From Verrucomicrobiota bacterium (GTDB lineage: Bacteria > Verrucomicrobiota > Lentisphaeria > JABSQK01 > JAJFLO01), in NCBI GenBank assembly GCA_021772615.1, contig JAJFLQ010000134.1, positions 2,039-66,038 on the forward strand: 64,000 nt of DNA, given 5' to 3'. Below are positions 18,784-30,035 of the stretch, piece after piece (the first letter of the stretch is position 1; each line of letters opens with the position of its first letter). A model generated the notes under the pieces. That model was not told the origin of the DNA and searched no databases. It worked only from the letters and a program-made list of their open reading frames with translations. A program made the translations under genes and the position numbers.

Positions 18784-20637
18784 TCAATTCGACTTTGTTT
18801 GCAGAACCTTTACAAACGCGTCCTGGGGTATACTGACCTTGCCGACCTGCTTCATTCGTTTCTTTCCCTCTTTTTGCTTCTCCAGCAATTTGCGTTTCCG
18901 CGTGATATCGCCGCCATAGCATTTTGCCGTCACATCCTTCCGCATTGCGCCTACGGTTTCGCGAGCGACGACTTTTCCGCCCACGAAGGCCTGAATGGCG
19001 ATTTTGAAGAGGTGCCGCGGAATGATCTCCTTAAGCTTCTCGGCGAGCAGTTTTCCGCGCGTGTGGGCATAGTCCCGATGGACAATGGACGTAAACGCGT
19101 CCACGGGCTCGTCGTTCACGCGGATTTCCATCTTGACAAGCGGTGCAACCTGGTGCCCGGCCGGCTCGTAGTCCATGCTGGCATACCCTCGTGAAATCGA
19201 CTTGAGCTTGTCGTAAAAGTCGATCACGATTTCGTGCAACGGCAATTCGGCATCCATCATCACATGATTCTGATCGACCGTAACCGTTTGCAAACAGATC
19301 CCGCGCTTCTCCATAATCAGGTTCATGATGCTGCCAATGTACACCGACGGCGAAATAATACTGGCGTGGACCAGAGGTTCCTCAATGCGATCGATCGTTG
19401 ACGGGTCCGGCAAGTACAGTGGGTTGTCGATCTCGACCTGTTCACCTGATTTCTGAAAGACACGATATATGACACTCGGGTAGGTCGTGATGATGTCCAT
19501 GCCGTATTCGCGTCGCAGCCGTTCCTGCACGATCTCCATATGAAGCAGTCCGAGGAAGCCGCAGCGGAAACCAAAGCCAAGTGCCACCGACGTTTCCGCC
19601 TGAAATACGAATGCCGAGTCATTGAGGCACAATTTTGACATACTTTGCTTCAACGTTTCGTAGTCGCCGGTGTCTATGGGATAAATACCGCTGTAGACCA
19701 TCGGGCGAACGTCTTTGAAGCCGGGTAGTGGTTCCGTGCACGGATTGTGTTTGCTTGTAATGGTGTCGCCGATTCGCGAATCCTCCGGTGTCTTTACGTT
19801 AGGAATGACGTAGCCGACACTACCAGTGGCGAGCTCGTCGGCCGGCGTCATGGCAGGCCGAAATAACCCGACCTCCTTGATTTCGGATGAGAGCCCATTG
19901 CTGCAGTATTTTATCTGATCGCCGCGTTTGATCGAACCGGATCGGACGCGCACAAAATTTACGACACCGCGGAATGCGTCATACACAGAGTCGAATACGA
20001 GCGCCTGCACCTGCGAATGCGCCGGCTCCGACGGCGCCGGAATGCGATCGACGATAGCCTCCAGAATATCGTCGATCCCGATGCCATCCTTCGCGCTCGC
20101 GAGTATCGCTTCTTCAGCAGGAATCGCGAGGACTTCCTCGAGCTGTTCGAGGCATAGGTCCACATCGGCCGCCGGCAGATCAATCTTATTGATTACGGGA
20201 ATGATCGTCAGTTTTTCGCGTATTGCCAAATTTACGTTGGCGATAGTCTGCGCCTGTACGCCCTGGGCTGCATCAATCAACAGCAATGCCCCTTCACACG
20301 CAGCCAGGCTGCGGCTTACCTCGTAGCTGAAGTCTACATGCCCGGGAGTGTCGATGAGATTCAGCACATAGTCTTCACCGTTGCGGGCTGCATATCGAAT
20401 GGCAACCGGGTGGGATTTTATCGTGATGCCGCGTTCGCGCTCAAGGTCCATATTATCGAGCAGCTGGTCCTGAAATCGTCGTTCATCAATGCTCTTGGTG
20501 TGTTGCAGGAATCGATCGGCCAGTGTCGACTTGCCGTGGTCGATATGTGCGATGATAGAAAAATTGCGTATATGTGTAATCAAAAGCGACCTGCAGGGGT
20601 TTGGGGTGTGGCAGCGGCGAAACGGTGACTTCGGCAC
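18784..20637 (-). CDS. lepA: elongation factor 4 (LepA)
   Basis: IRNFSIIAHIDHGKSTLADR G1 motif, DTPGHVDF, NKIDL; conserved LepA C-terminal domain ..GGDITRKRKLLEKQKEGKKRMK. Confidence 0.95.
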   Translation of the reverse strand: MPKSPFRRCHTPNPCRSLLITHIRNFSIIAHIDHGKSTLADRFLQHTKSIDERRFQDQLLDNMDLERERGITIKSHPVAIRYAARNGEDYVLNLIDTPGHVDFSYEVSRSLAACEGALLLIDAAQGVQAQTIANVNLAIREKLTIIPVINKIDLPAADVDLCLEQLEEVLAIPAEEAILASAKDGIGIDDILEAIVDRIPAPSEPAHSQVQALVFDSVYDAFRGVVNFVRVRSGSIKRGDQIKYCSNGLSSEIKEVGLFRPAMTPADELATGSVGYVIPNVKTPEDSRIGDTITSKHNPCTEPLPGFKDVRPMVYSGIYPIDTGDYETLKQSMSKLCLNDSAFVFQAETSVALGFGFRCGFLGLLHMEIVQERLRREYGMDIITTYPSVIYRVFQKSGEQVEIDNPLYLPDPSTIDRIEEPLVHASIISPSVYIGSIMNLIMEKRGICLQTVTVDQNHVMMDAELPLHEIVIDFYDKLKSISRGYASMDYEPAGHQVAPLVKMEIRVNDEPVDAFTSIVHRDYAHTRGKLLAEKLKEIIPRHLFKIAIQAFVGGKVVARETVGAMRKDVTAKCYGGDITRKRKLLEKQKEGKKRMKQVGKVSIPQDAFVKVLQTKSN

Positions 20638-20662
20638 AAAGGCCAGTACTCTACATCACGTT

Positions 20663-21262
20663 TCAGTTCGCGCAATCGCCGGATCTGGCTATGTGGCATC
20701 GCCGGCAGTCGACGTCTCGCTCCGCAAGTTCGGGATAGGCCGACAAATAGTCGCGAACACGGTCCCAATAGAAATCGTTGTCCTGCCGGCCGTTACAGGT
20801 CGGGCACAGCGGCAATAGTTTGTGAAGTAAATCGATGCGGTCGAGCGCAATACTCAAATCAGTCTTGACCTGGCGAAACTCAGCGTCGAACTGCCTGCGA
20901 TACAACGCGATTTCTATAGCTGCCTTGATCTCGGCGGCGTCGAACGGTTTGGCGATATACCCGTACGGCTTAGCCTCCTTCATTTTCGACAGCGTGTCCG
21001 GATCGGTATGCGCGGTAATGAATATCACCGGAATCTGGTAGGCCGATGCGATGTCGCCGGCGACATCGATTCCGGTCTGGCGACCGTTCAGCATCACGTC
21101 CATTAACACCAAGTCCGGACGTTTGTCGACGATCGACTGCAACGCGTCATCACCGTTCGTAGCGATATCGACGACATCGTGGCCCATGCGTGATACAATG
21201 GATTCGATATCACGGGCGATAATAATTTCATCTTCGACGATCACAATGCATGCAGGCGTCAT
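20663..21262 (-). CDS. single-domain response regulator with C-terminal Cys-rich (CxxC...CxxC) extension
   Basis: REC motifs IVIVEDE, LVLMDVML, KPFD; C-terminus LLPLCPTCNGRQDNDFYW...DCRRCHIA; ORF begins at TTG 21385, trimmed to ATG 21262 (MTPACIVIVEDE). Confidence 0.6.
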   Translation of the reverse strand: MTPACIVIVEDEIIIARDIESIVSRMGHDVVDIATNGDDALQSIVDKRPDLVLMDVMLNGRQTGIDVAGDIASAYQIPVIFITAHTDPDTLSKMKEAKPYGYIAKPFDAAEIKAAIEIALYRRQFDAEFRQVKTDLSIALDRIDLLHKLLPLCPTCNGRQDNDFYWDRVRDYLSAYPELAERDVDCRRCHIARSGDCAN

Positions 21263-21427
21263 CAGGGTCTCTCGCAGTTTCTGCACGCGGCCTAAGGCCG
21301 GCAAAATCTGCACCAGGCGGTTACTACAGGTTTCGCCCAATGCTCCCAGGTCGCGTCGCGTCTGTTGCACCAATGCCGAAATCAATGGCCCCGCCGCACG
21401 CAGCAGGGTATGTCGCCAGAATGACCA

Positions 21428-22615
21428 TCAAGCAGGGTCGTCCTCGACCGCCGGTCGAAGCCAGATGCGGAATGTGGCGCCACCGCTCCGAATCAATTCC
21501 ATGCGACCGCATAATTTATGTGCCACCAGGTCAGAAACAATTTGTAATCCCAGTGTCTTGGTATTCCCCGGCACGACGTGTTCAGGAATCCCGACACCGT
21601 TATCGCGGATCTCAAGCAACAGCTCGTCCTTCTCGGTCGGAACCAGCTGTACGTGGATGTCGCCCGAACGTTGATCCGGAAATCCGTATGTCAATGAATT
21701 GGTAACAATTTCATTGATGATCATTCCGCAGGAAATGGCAGCCCCAAGATCGATCAGTACGTCGGCGATATCCGTGGTCAGCCCGACACGCCGCGGGTCA
21801 ATGGAGTAGGATTTATACAGATCCTGTATGAGGTCCTCGACATAACTCTTGAAATTCACGTGCGAAAGATCATCCGACTGATACAGCTTCTCGTGAATCA
21901 GTGCCATTGACTTCACGCGATTTTCGCATTCGGTAAATATAGATTGGTCGTGGGTGTCAGTGATCCCGTTGCGCTGAATACGGAGAAGGCTGATAATGAT
22001 CTGTAAATTGTTTTTTACACGATGGTGGATTTCTCGAAGCAACGCTTCCTTTTCCCGCAATGCCTTCTTGATATGCACCTCGGCCACACGGCGCTCGTCT
22101 ACTTCGGCGGCGAGACGGCCGTTGATTTGCTGAATTTCCGCCGTCCGCGTATTCACCAGGTCTTCGAGCTGGTCCTGGTGCAACCGCATCTGTTCTTCGG
22201 CATGTTTGCGTTCCGTGATATCGCGAAGAATCCCGGAGAAACACGTTTCATTGCCGACCTTCCACACGGCAAGCGACAGTTCCACCGGAATCTCTTCGCC
22301 GGACTTGTGCAGTCCGCGCAGCTCCGTCGTCCTGCCGATGAGCTTGGCCTCACCGGAACGCAACATACGTTCGAGCCCGGCCTTATGCGCCTCGCGGAAG
22401 CGCTCGGGGATGATAATGGTCAACGGGCGACCAAGTGCCTCATCCTCGTGATACCCGAACATCCTGCAGGCGCACTGGTTCCAGAAGGTGATGTTGCCGT
22501 TGCTGTCGGCAGCGATGATCGCGTCGTTGGCGGACTGTGCCACCGCACGAAAGCGCTCCTCACTCTGGGCCGCGAAGATGTCGCGCGACGATGCGGGTTG
22601 GTCATGACTGTCCAT
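21428..22615 (-). CDS. PAS-domain sensor histidine kinase (HisKA_2-type dimerization/H-box)
   Basis: PAS: ITFWNQCACRMFGY..GRPL; H-box EIHHRVKNNLQIIISLLRIQ; HATPase: IRDNGVGIP...GLGLQIV. Confidence 0.8.
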   Translation of the reverse strand: MDSHDQPASSRDIFAAQSEERFRAVAQSANDAIIAADSNGNITFWNQCACRMFGYHEDEALGRPLTIIIPERFREAHKAGLERMLRSGEAKLIGRTTELRGLHKSGEEIPVELSLAVWKVGNETCFSGILRDITERKHAEEQMRLHQDQLEDLVNTRTAEIQQINGRLAAEVDERRVAEVHIKKALREKEALLREIHHRVKNNLQIIISLLRIQRNGITDTHDQSIFTECENRVKSMALIHEKLYQSDDLSHVNFKSYVEDLIQDLYKSYSIDPRRVGLTTDIADVLIDLGAAISCGMIINEIVTNSLTYGFPDQRSGDIHVQLVPTEKDELLLEIRDNGVGIPEHVVPGNTKTLGLQIVSDLVAHKLCGRMELIRSGGATFRIWLRPAVEDDPA

Positions 22616-25349
22616 TGACGTCCTCTGTCGCCTCCGCGGCAGCCGCGGCCAATTGCTGATGGATCATGTGAATGAGCAGAAAAAGTATACCGTGCACAAT
22701 CGTGAGAATCGAAAACAGGCCCGGTGGTTTCAGCGTTTTGCCAAGAATTGCAAACGTGATCACCGCAGCAACGCACCACGACAGGCTGAGGCCGAATGCC
22801 GTTGGCTTGCGCCAGTCGCCGTGAGCGCGCCAGAAGTCGATGCCGCACCATAGCAGACCGACGACCGTTCCCTTCATGAGACCGCCGTTCAGAAAAGAAT
22901 TGCCGAGAACCAAGCCGATTGCGCCGCCGAAGATAGTGAAAACAGCGTAGGAAAATGGCGAGATGATTAGTAGTAGACAATAGATCAAAACGAGCTTGCT
23001 CGGCAGAACATCGCTGCTATTCTCGAATTTTTTGAGGAATCTGCGGTTCTTGATACGCCACGCCACGGCGACGAATCCTACAAACTGCAGACTGATCGGG
23101 ATAAGAAACTTGGCCAGTAACGGAAGATCTTTGGCAAAATCTTTCCAGTCCATGACCAGTGTTCGGATGGTGCTGATACCGGTAAATCCCCAGAGAACAA
23201 AGAGGACGATGAGCGTGCGCAAGATCAACTGGTTTCGTTTCTTTGTGACAAACCCGCGATGGCGATCGATGTAGGCACTCGCGTACTGACGCTGTTGCGG
23301 AGCGCAGAGGTCCTGTGGTACCGCCAGGAAATGCCGCCACGCCTCTCGGGCCTGAGCAAACTTACGGTGCTTTTCAAGATCCAGCCCGGCATTGTAACGC
23401 GTGGTCGTTTCTTTCTTGATCCGTTTCTTCTGCGCTTCGATCTTGTTGGCGGACATAATCTCGGTTTTCTGTGCCAAATCCATGGTCCGCTGCAGGTCTT
23501 CCCACTTATTATCTTCGATCCAGACCTTGAACACCTCGTCGATCTTGCTGCTCAGCGATGTATGCAGATCACTGACCTGCTTGTCAAAGTCGGTGTCGGC
23601 AGGCGACGGGTGCACCGTTGTCAATCTCTCGGACGTGCGATAGCCGACCAGCTTCTTGTAAGACTTGATTGCCTCCGCAAAATTCGCATTGCCCAGTTGC
23701 ACCTTCAGCAGTCGCAGGGTGTTGTTTCGGTCCTGCAGCATCTCGTGGCACTTCGCCTTGGCTGCATCAAGGCGGTCGTCGCCATCGGGCCCAACTGATC
23801 GCCATTGTTCTGCGGCGTTAAGCATATCCATACACTGCGAAAGACAATTTACCGACATCGCCATGCTGGCCTGAAAAATCGCCTCGCCAAGATCCTTGTT
23901 TATTACCTCCAGCTCTTCGTTCGCCAGCGAGTACTTCTCGCGGCCGAACGCTGCAATCAGCGTCTCGACCGCTTCGATCGCCCGATCGAGATGCAATTCC
24001 TGCCGCGCAGTATCGAGTCGTTGTTCCATGGCAATCCGAAATTTCTCCAGCAGGTCCTGGAGGCGTTTCGGCAATCTATCGTTCGAGAATGTGCGTGCGA
24101 ACTCGTTACACTTTTCCACGATCTCCATGGCGGCGGTGATGTCCTGCCTGTGCACCGCGTCCTCCAGCTGATCGGACAACGCGTCATTCTCACGAAACAT
24201 GATACGCTTCTTTTCGAGTACATCGCCGCCGCAGTGTGAGCAAAAACCCGCGCCAATAAGCAAATCGCCGTTGCAGATCGGACACGCTTCGTAGCCTGAT
24301 ACCCCGCAGCCGACGCATTTCTTATCTGCAATGGTGTTGGTGCGGCCGCAAGCACAGTCCCAACTGTCTGGTTCGTCCTCGGTGGAGGAAATGCCGGCGA
24401 CCGCAATTCCCGTGGCCTTGGTTATCGCGATGTTCAGCTCCCGCCCTGACTGATAACGGTCGTCGGGATTTTTCGCCATCAAACGATTGATAATCAGGCA
24501 AACGCCCTCGGAGATGTCCGGATTGATCTCATTCGGCATCGGCGGTTCAGCCTCCAGATGCCGCGTCGCTATCTCAATCGGTGAATTGCCCGTGAACGGA
24601 AATTCGCCGGTTACGATGTGAAATAATGTCGCGCCCAGACTATAAAGATCGCTACGATTGTCAAGCGGGTTTCCCAGCAGTGTCTCCGGGCATATGTAAT
24701 ACGGCGTGCCCATGATGACGTCCTCATCGGCAGAGTCGTCGGTCATATCGCTGGTGAGTTGCGCCAGCCCGAGGTCGGCAAGTTTGGCGATGCCGTCGAT
24801 GGTCATCATGATGTTGTCCGGCTTGATGTCGCGATGCACCATCTTTTGCTTATTCCAGGCGAAATCCAACGCATCTGCGATCTGGATGATGATTTCCAGC
24901 GCGAGTTCACAGGGCATCTTTTTCTGTTTTGCCAGAATCTCCTGTATCGATTTTCCTTCCACGAATTCCATCGCGAAAAAGTGGAAGCCATTTTCTTCGC
25001 CGACAGCATAAGCCTGGACAATATTGGTGTGGTTAAGCTTGGCTGCAGCCCGCGCTTCCTTTACAAAATTCGTCACGTAACTCTGATGGCGGGAGAATTT
25101 GTCCATCAGAATCTTGAGCGCCACGTCGCGATCGAGGGTGACCTGATGCGCCAGATAGACCGTACCCATGCCGCCTTTTGCGATCTCATGCTTGATCACG
25201 AAATCATTGATCACGACACGAGGCGCCAGTAGCGCGCCCGGAACGTACGTGTTCCGTCCACAATGACTACAGCGTATTTCCCGCGTAAATTCGGATTCGG
25301 GATCGGTGGATACGAGCGTACCGTCGCAATTTGCGCAGAGAAACTTCAC
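22602..25349 (-). CDS. Ser/Thr protein kinase with N-terminal and internal zinc ribbons, coiled-coil region and C-terminal polytopic membrane domain
   Basis: CANCDG..CSHCG; kinase subdomains GGMGTVYLA, VALKIL, HRDIKPDNIMM, DLGLA, GTPYYICPE; CACGRT..CVGCG..CPICNG..CSHCGG; ~6 C-terminal TM helices. Confidence 0.85.
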   Translation of the reverse strand: MKFLCANCDGTLVSTDPESEFTREIRCSHCGRNTYVPGALLAPRVVINDFVIKHEIAKGGMGTVYLAHQVTLDRDVALKILMDKFSRHQSYVTNFVKEARAAAKLNHTNIVQAYAVGEENGFHFFAMEFVEGKSIQEILAKQKKMPCELALEIIIQIADALDFAWNKQKMVHRDIKPDNIMMTIDGIAKLADLGLAQLTSDMTDDSADEDVIMGTPYYICPETLLGNPLDNRSDLYSLGATLFHIVTGEFPFTGNSPIEIATRHLEAEPPMPNEINPDISEGVCLIINRLMAKNPDDRYQSGRELNIAITKATGIAVAGISSTEDEPDSWDCACGRTNTIADKKCVGCGVSGYEACPICNGDLLIGAGFCSHCGGDVLEKKRIMFRENDALSDQLEDAVHRQDITAAMEIVEKCNEFARTFSNDRLPKRLQDLLEKFRIAMEQRLDTARQELHLDRAIEAVETLIAAFGREKYSLANEELEVINKDLGEAIFQASMAMSVNCLSQCMDMLNAAEQWRSVGPDGDDRLDAAKAKCHEMLQDRNNTLRLLKVQLGNANFAEAIKSYKKLVGYRTSERLTTVHPSPADTDFDKQVSDLHTSLSSKIDEVFKVWIEDNKWEDLQRTMDLAQKTEIMSANKIEAQKKRIKKETTTRYNAGLDLEKHRKFAQAREAWRHFLAVPQDLCAPQQRQYASAYIDRHRGFVTKKRNQLILRTLIVLFVLWGFTGISTIRTLVMDWKDFAKDLPLLAKFLIPISLQFVGFVAVAWRIKNRRFLKKFENSSDVLPSKLVLIYCLLLIISPFSYAVFTIFGGAIGLVLGNSFLNGGLMKGTVVGLLWCGIDFWRAHGDWRKPTAFGLSLSWCVAAVITFAILGKTLKPPGLFSILTIVHGILFLLIHMIHQQLAAAAAEATEDVNGQS

Positions 25350-25613
25350 GGATTGAGGCCCTCAGGGTAGAAAAGGCGAAACAGGAATGTGTTGTGATGC
25401 AATCGAAGCAGTGAGCCGGGCACACTGCATTACCAGACAACATACGCAATCCGCGGCGGGAATTCAATCAGCCGGAACAAAGTTCTGGCGCTCTCACGTC
25501 GGCGCTTTCACACTGCGGTAGAACGACCGCCGCACCGACCGTGAACCATGTTGCCGCCACGCCGACAATACCGTCCGCAGCTCACGAAGTTCGCCCCGAC
25601 TCCGGCGATTTTA

Positions 25614-25856
<243 letters not shown>

Positions 25857-25979
25857 TCATCCACGCAACATGGGTATTTAACCCAAGGTTTGAGGGGGAA
25901 TGTACCGATCGAGTCTTCCTCGCAGTCGATTTGCCCATCGCTCACCGAGCCGCCGATAGCTCGCCTCAACGTTCTTGAG

Positions 25980-27506
25980 ATGATCATTCGGGCAGCGGCA
26001 GCCGCAGCGTTGCCGCTGGCCATAGTTGCTGTGTGTCGATTCACATCCATCCCGCCACAAAGCGAAAACGCCTTCGACAGCTTTTACCATGTCGCCATGG
26101 CCGACGGATTTCCGGCACGGTGCCTGAGTCGTACGTTTCCGTATACCACCATGTCTATATGGGAACAGCATTTCTATGATAAGGAATTGTTGTTCCACGC
26201 CGGTATCGCTGCAGTGCGCTCCCTGTCCCGTGCGATCGGCATGTCCGCCGCCCCGCCATTCCATCTTCCCGCACTCGCCTTCGTCGGCGCCTTTTTCTGG
26301 GTGTTCAATCTCGTATCGATACGCCGCAGGCTGCCTCTAACGATCGTATGGACAGCCTTGCTGGTGATCCTGTCGCCGGCGCTGTTCGATCGCCTCGGTG
26401 TCCTGAGACCACACCTGCTTGGCATGACCATGATGGTTGCCGGCAGCCACATTCTCGCGTCGATCAGCCGCTCCACGCAGCTCTGGCAGGCGGCAGCTCT
26501 CGGATATGTGATGGTTTTTTCGTATTCACAACCCCACTTTGTGCTGATCCCCGCCATCATAGCAGCACTCCACTGGGCCGCCGCGCATCGCACACGGTTC
26601 GGTGTGCAGATCGTCATGCTCACAGTCTTCGGGCTAGTGGCGGGGATGATCATCCATCCACAATTTCCCAACACCGTGATGTTGTGGAAAATCCAATGTG
26701 TTGACGTCGTCGCCGGCATTATCAGCGGAGAAACCACCGTCGCCCTTGGACAAGAGCTCGCCGCACCGTCACCGGGGTGGCTGATGCAGAACGGTTTGGT
26801 TTTTATACTGGCTGTGCTAAATTTCGTGCTGATGTATCAAACCGGGGGATATCGGATATTGTACCGATGCTCCCGCGACACCGTGATTTTCACGGGCACC
26901 CAGGCGGTGTTTACTGCCGGGCTTTTTTTGTCAATGCGATGCATCGAATATGCGGCGCCGTTCGGCATTTTGGCACTTGGTGCGATCGTTCGTGACCGGC
27001 TGACGAAGATGGCAGTAAGGAGTCCGCGTACCACAAAAATCCAACGTCGGATGGTCGCGAGCGGCGTTGTCGTCGCATTGGCGATCGCGGCAACGTATTA
27101 TACATCGAGTCATTACCGCCGGGGAGCGGTGACTATCGGGTCCTTTGGCAACTGGGCGGGGCAAAACATTCCGCCGGGAACCAAGATCGCCAATCCGTAC
27201 TGGTCAGATTTTCCGATGCTGTTCTATTCGGGTGTAAGGTATCGATATTCCTGGGGCCTCGATCCGATGTTCGGGTACCGCCGGGATCCGGAAGCAGCCT
27301 CGAAAATGGCCTTGTTCGCCAACGGGAAGTGGACGCCGTCGGTTGACGAGATGAGACACGTTACAGGCGCACGATATATGTTCATTTCGAGCTACGGAAA
27401 ACCGCGTGTTGACGCCCTGCCCTGGGCTGGAGCGCGGTGCGTTTATCACGGAAGTGACGGCTGGCTGTTTGATCTCCGGGACGACAACCAGAAATCGGAC
27501 CGATGA
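25980..27506 (+). CDS. polytopic integral membrane protein of unknown function (possibly glycosyltransferase-like)
   Basis: ORF 25548..27506 trimmed to first ATG clear of the tRNA; >=10 predicted TM helices; soluble C-terminal ~120 aa. Confidence 0.45.
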   Translation: MIIRAAAAAALPLAIVAVCRFTSIPPQSENAFDSFYHVAMADGFPARCLSRTFPYTTMSIWEQHFYDKELLFHAGIAAVRSLSRAIGMSAAPPFHLPALAFVGAFFWVFNLVSIRRRLPLTIVWTALLVILSPALFDRLGVLRPHLLGMTMMVAGSHILASISRSTQLWQAAALGYVMVFSYSQPHFVLIPAIIAALHWAAAHRTRFGVQIVMLTVFGLVAGMIIHPQFPNTVMLWKIQCVDVVAGIISGETTVALGQELAAPSPGWLMQNGLVFILAVLNFVLMYQTGGYRILYRCSRDTVIFTGTQAVFTAGLFLSMRCIEYAAPFGILALGAIVRDRLTKMAVRSPRTTKIQRRMVASGVVVALAIAATYYTSSHYRRGAVTIGSFGNWAGQNIPPGTKIANPYWSDFPMLFYSGVRYRYSWGLDPMFGYRRDPEAASKMALFANGKWTPSVDEMRHVTGARYMFISSYGKPRVDALPWAGARCVYHGSDGWLFDLRDDNQKSDR

Positions 27507-27510
27507 TGCG

Positions 27511-29655
27511 ATGAGCAACGAATCACAAGCACCGCCAATCGATCCCATGTTCGGAGCGGGTATCCCTTCGTCGCCGAAACTGGGGCCGATTCTGGTCGTC
27601 CCGCAACTACTATTCCTCAGCGATTATCTCGTGTGCACGGACGTGATTTCGCAAGAATACGATTCCGATCTGGCCCGTTCCATGCCCGACAAGTCGAGTC
27701 TCGGCCTCTCTCCTGCAGAAATCTCGGATTACCTGGAAACCCCCGCGTACGCAACATCGCCCTCCCCTTCCGGTTCGCCGTCGTTTTCCCGCGGCCGCGG
27801 GAAATTATCGAAAGCAATGGCGCAGAAGAAGGCAGCGGTTACGCTGGGGGTCGCTCAAGCACTCTACGATACGGCGCCACATTTATTTGCCACCGACTGG
27901 GACGGTGACTTTGTGCGGCTGATCATTGATGAAGCCAACCGCGCTCAAGTTGTAGACAACATTTCGGTGCTGGATCACGTACATCCACGTATGACCGTAC
28001 CGGCACGACGGGACATACCGGCCAAGTCGACGTTGAAGGACTTCGAATGGCAGCAGTGGCTGCTGGAGGGTATACGCCGTGAACGTTTCCGTACATTAAT
28101 TCAGCTCGATGCCGATGCTGCCCATTTCAAACGAATCCAGAAGCTGCTGCACGAGCGGTTGTGGCAGAACGCGATGTTTCAACAGTTTCTGAATCGCTGG
28201 CTCTTCCCCAACGATTTCAAGGAAATGCTTCGCGAGTTGACCATTTCACAACCGCATGAGTTTATCAGCCGTTTCTGGGCCGAATACTACGCACCATCAT
28301 TGAATCCCGATGGTGTCGTTATTCATAGCGGCGGAGGACTTTTCAGGCGGTTGCTGCATGCCGTCACCGTAAGGCGCTATGCATCCGCACTCAGGAAAAC
28401 GCGCACCGCTGTACGGGAAACCGTGTTGTCGATTGAACCAGGCGGCAGCATTTTCGCCTTTCTTGACGATCATTTCGCCCAGGCCGGCGACGTTGCAGAG
28501 AAGGACATCCTGGCCATTCGGGGCCACCATCGTGCGGCGATCGCGCTGGGTCTATCTCCTATCGATACCGACGACCTGGCGCACTCCGCTGCGACCGAGA
28601 CAGCCGTATTCGCCGCTGTTCTCGATTCCAACGATCCCAAATACGCCGATGATTCGGACGATCCCGAAGAGATGGCGACACAGGACGGGCTGCTTCCGGT
28701 CGACGAGCCGGAGGACGGGATGGACACGCAGGATCCGTTTGTGCTGGACGACGCTGATGCCGACGACCTCGACTTCGATGCGGTACCGACGATGATGGAC
28801 AGCAACACCGTGCCGCTCGAGCCGGCTACAGCGCCTGTCGCTGTGGAAAAAGCACCGGCACCCCCAACCAATCCCTACCGGCAAGTAAAGGAACATGCCA
28901 TACACCTGCTCGGCGACGATGTAGAACATATCAGGATGGCCGATCTCACCAGAATCAAGGTCGGATCGTTCGTTCAGTTCCATATCAACTACAAAGATTT
29001 TTACTACACGCTGGAGAAGGTCTCGGAACGTACGTTTCGAATGTGGTCAAAGAAGTCCGACTGCGCGCAATCCGGCCGTCCTTCGGAGTTGATAGAGTTC
29101 GACGACAGCGGCACGTTGGCCATAGGCCAGTCACTGACACTGGCGAAACCCGAGCCGGATCGCGAATTGGAGCAGGATCGTTGGCCTACCAACGGTATTC
29201 CTCCTTTTGTCACGATGATCCGCTGTTTTTCCAAGGATGTCCTGAAGAACGCACGACGCAAGTCCGCGCCGGTCGATAAGTTAGCAAAGCAGCCGCGCCT
29301 GTTTTTTCTCTCCAAGCAAATGTGTCGATTTGCGATCGACGGAACCGGGCTCACCGTGGGCACGCTCGACAGGGTTTGGCATTTCAGTGACGTAACCGAA
29401 GGCAAGCGCATTCTGCTCGGCCGAATGCCAAATAACGATATCCACCTCAAAGGTGTCGGCGGCATATCCAGACGCCACTGCGCGATCGTGCCGGAAGGCG
29501 GCCAGTGGTTTCTCGCTGACCTGGATTCAACAAACGGCTGCTTCTACGCCGGTCAGCAACTCAAATCCGGCACCAAGAACAAGCGCAACTGGATAAAACT
29601 TCCCGAAGGCTCCCGCCAGCAGGATAACAAAATCGTCGGCAAACGCATGACGTAA
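27511..29655 (+). CDS. FHA-domain protein with long acidic/low-complexity N-terminal region
   Basis: C-terminal FHA: ILLGRMPNNDIHLKGVGGISRRHCAIVPEGGQWFLADLDSTNGCFYAG; acidic tract DDSDDPEEMATQDGLLPVDEPEDGMDTQDPFVLDDADADDLDFD; start MSNESQ 5 nt after upstream stop. Confidence 0.75.
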   Translation: MSNESQAPPIDPMFGAGIPSSPKLGPILVVPQLLFLSDYLVCTDVISQEYDSDLARSMPDKSSLGLSPAEISDYLETPAYATSPSPSGSPSFSRGRGKLSKAMAQKKAAVTLGVAQALYDTAPHLFATDWDGDFVRLIIDEANRAQVVDNISVLDHVHPRMTVPARRDIPAKSTLKDFEWQQWLLEGIRRERFRTLIQLDADAAHFKRIQKLLHERLWQNAMFQQFLNRWLFPNDFKEMLRELTISQPHEFISRFWAEYYAPSLNPDGVVIHSGGGLFRRLLHAVTVRRYASALRKTRTAVRETVLSIEPGGSIFAFLDDHFAQAGDVAEKDILAIRGHHRAAIALGLSPIDTDDLAHSAATETAVFAAVLDSNDPKYADDSDDPEEMATQDGLLPVDEPEDGMDTQDPFVLDDADADDLDFDAVPTMMDSNTVPLEPATAPVAVEKAPAPPTNPYRQVKEHAIHLLGDDVEHIRMADLTRIKVGSFVQFHINYKDFYYTLEKVSERTFRMWSKKSDCAQSGRPSELIEFDDSGTLAIGQSLTLAKPEPDRELEQDRWPTNGIPPFVTMIRCFSKDVLKNARRKSAPVDKLAKQPRLFFLSKQMCRFAIDGTGLTVGTLDRVWHFSDVTEGKRILLGRMPNNDIHLKGVGGISRRHCAIVPEGGQWFLADLDSTNGCFYAGQQLKSGTKNKRNWIKLPEGSRQQDNKIVGKRMT

Positions 29656-29680
29656 CGCGAGGCCGGATTCGGCAATTGCC

Positions 29681-29938
29681 ATGACCTTCGTATTCTTGAC
29701 CGTGCTTGTGGGTATCGTCGGCGGCGTTGTATGGGCTGTCGACCGATTCTCTGAAGACCGTCCCCGCGTGACGACTCTGCTTATCGGATCGATTCTCTTT
29801 TTCGCGGCTGTGATTGTCGCGAAAGAAGCCAGATATGCTCCACGGTTTCTGGCGATGATAGTCAGTAGCGTGCAGGTCAGCGGACTGGTTTTGTGTATTG
29901 TCGGTGTCGTCCGCTTACTGCGGAAGCCGGAAGATTGA
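29681..29938 (+). CDS. small (85 aa) three-helix membrane protein
   Basis: MTFVFLTVLVGIVGGVVWAV...LLIGSILFFAAVIVA...MIVSSVQVSGLVLCIVGVV; weak RBS. Confidence 0.3.
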   Translation: MTFVFLTVLVGIVGGVVWAVDRFSEDRPRVTTLLIGSILFFAAVIVAKEARYAPRFLAMIVSSVQVSGLVLCIVGVVRLLRKPED

Positions 29939-30035
29939 CGCGGCAGCTCCGGCCGAAACGTGCCGATCGGGAAAATCTCCACATCGCAATACCAACATCT
30001 CGAAATTGATTCAAGACCAAGGGTGCGTGGCGTCA

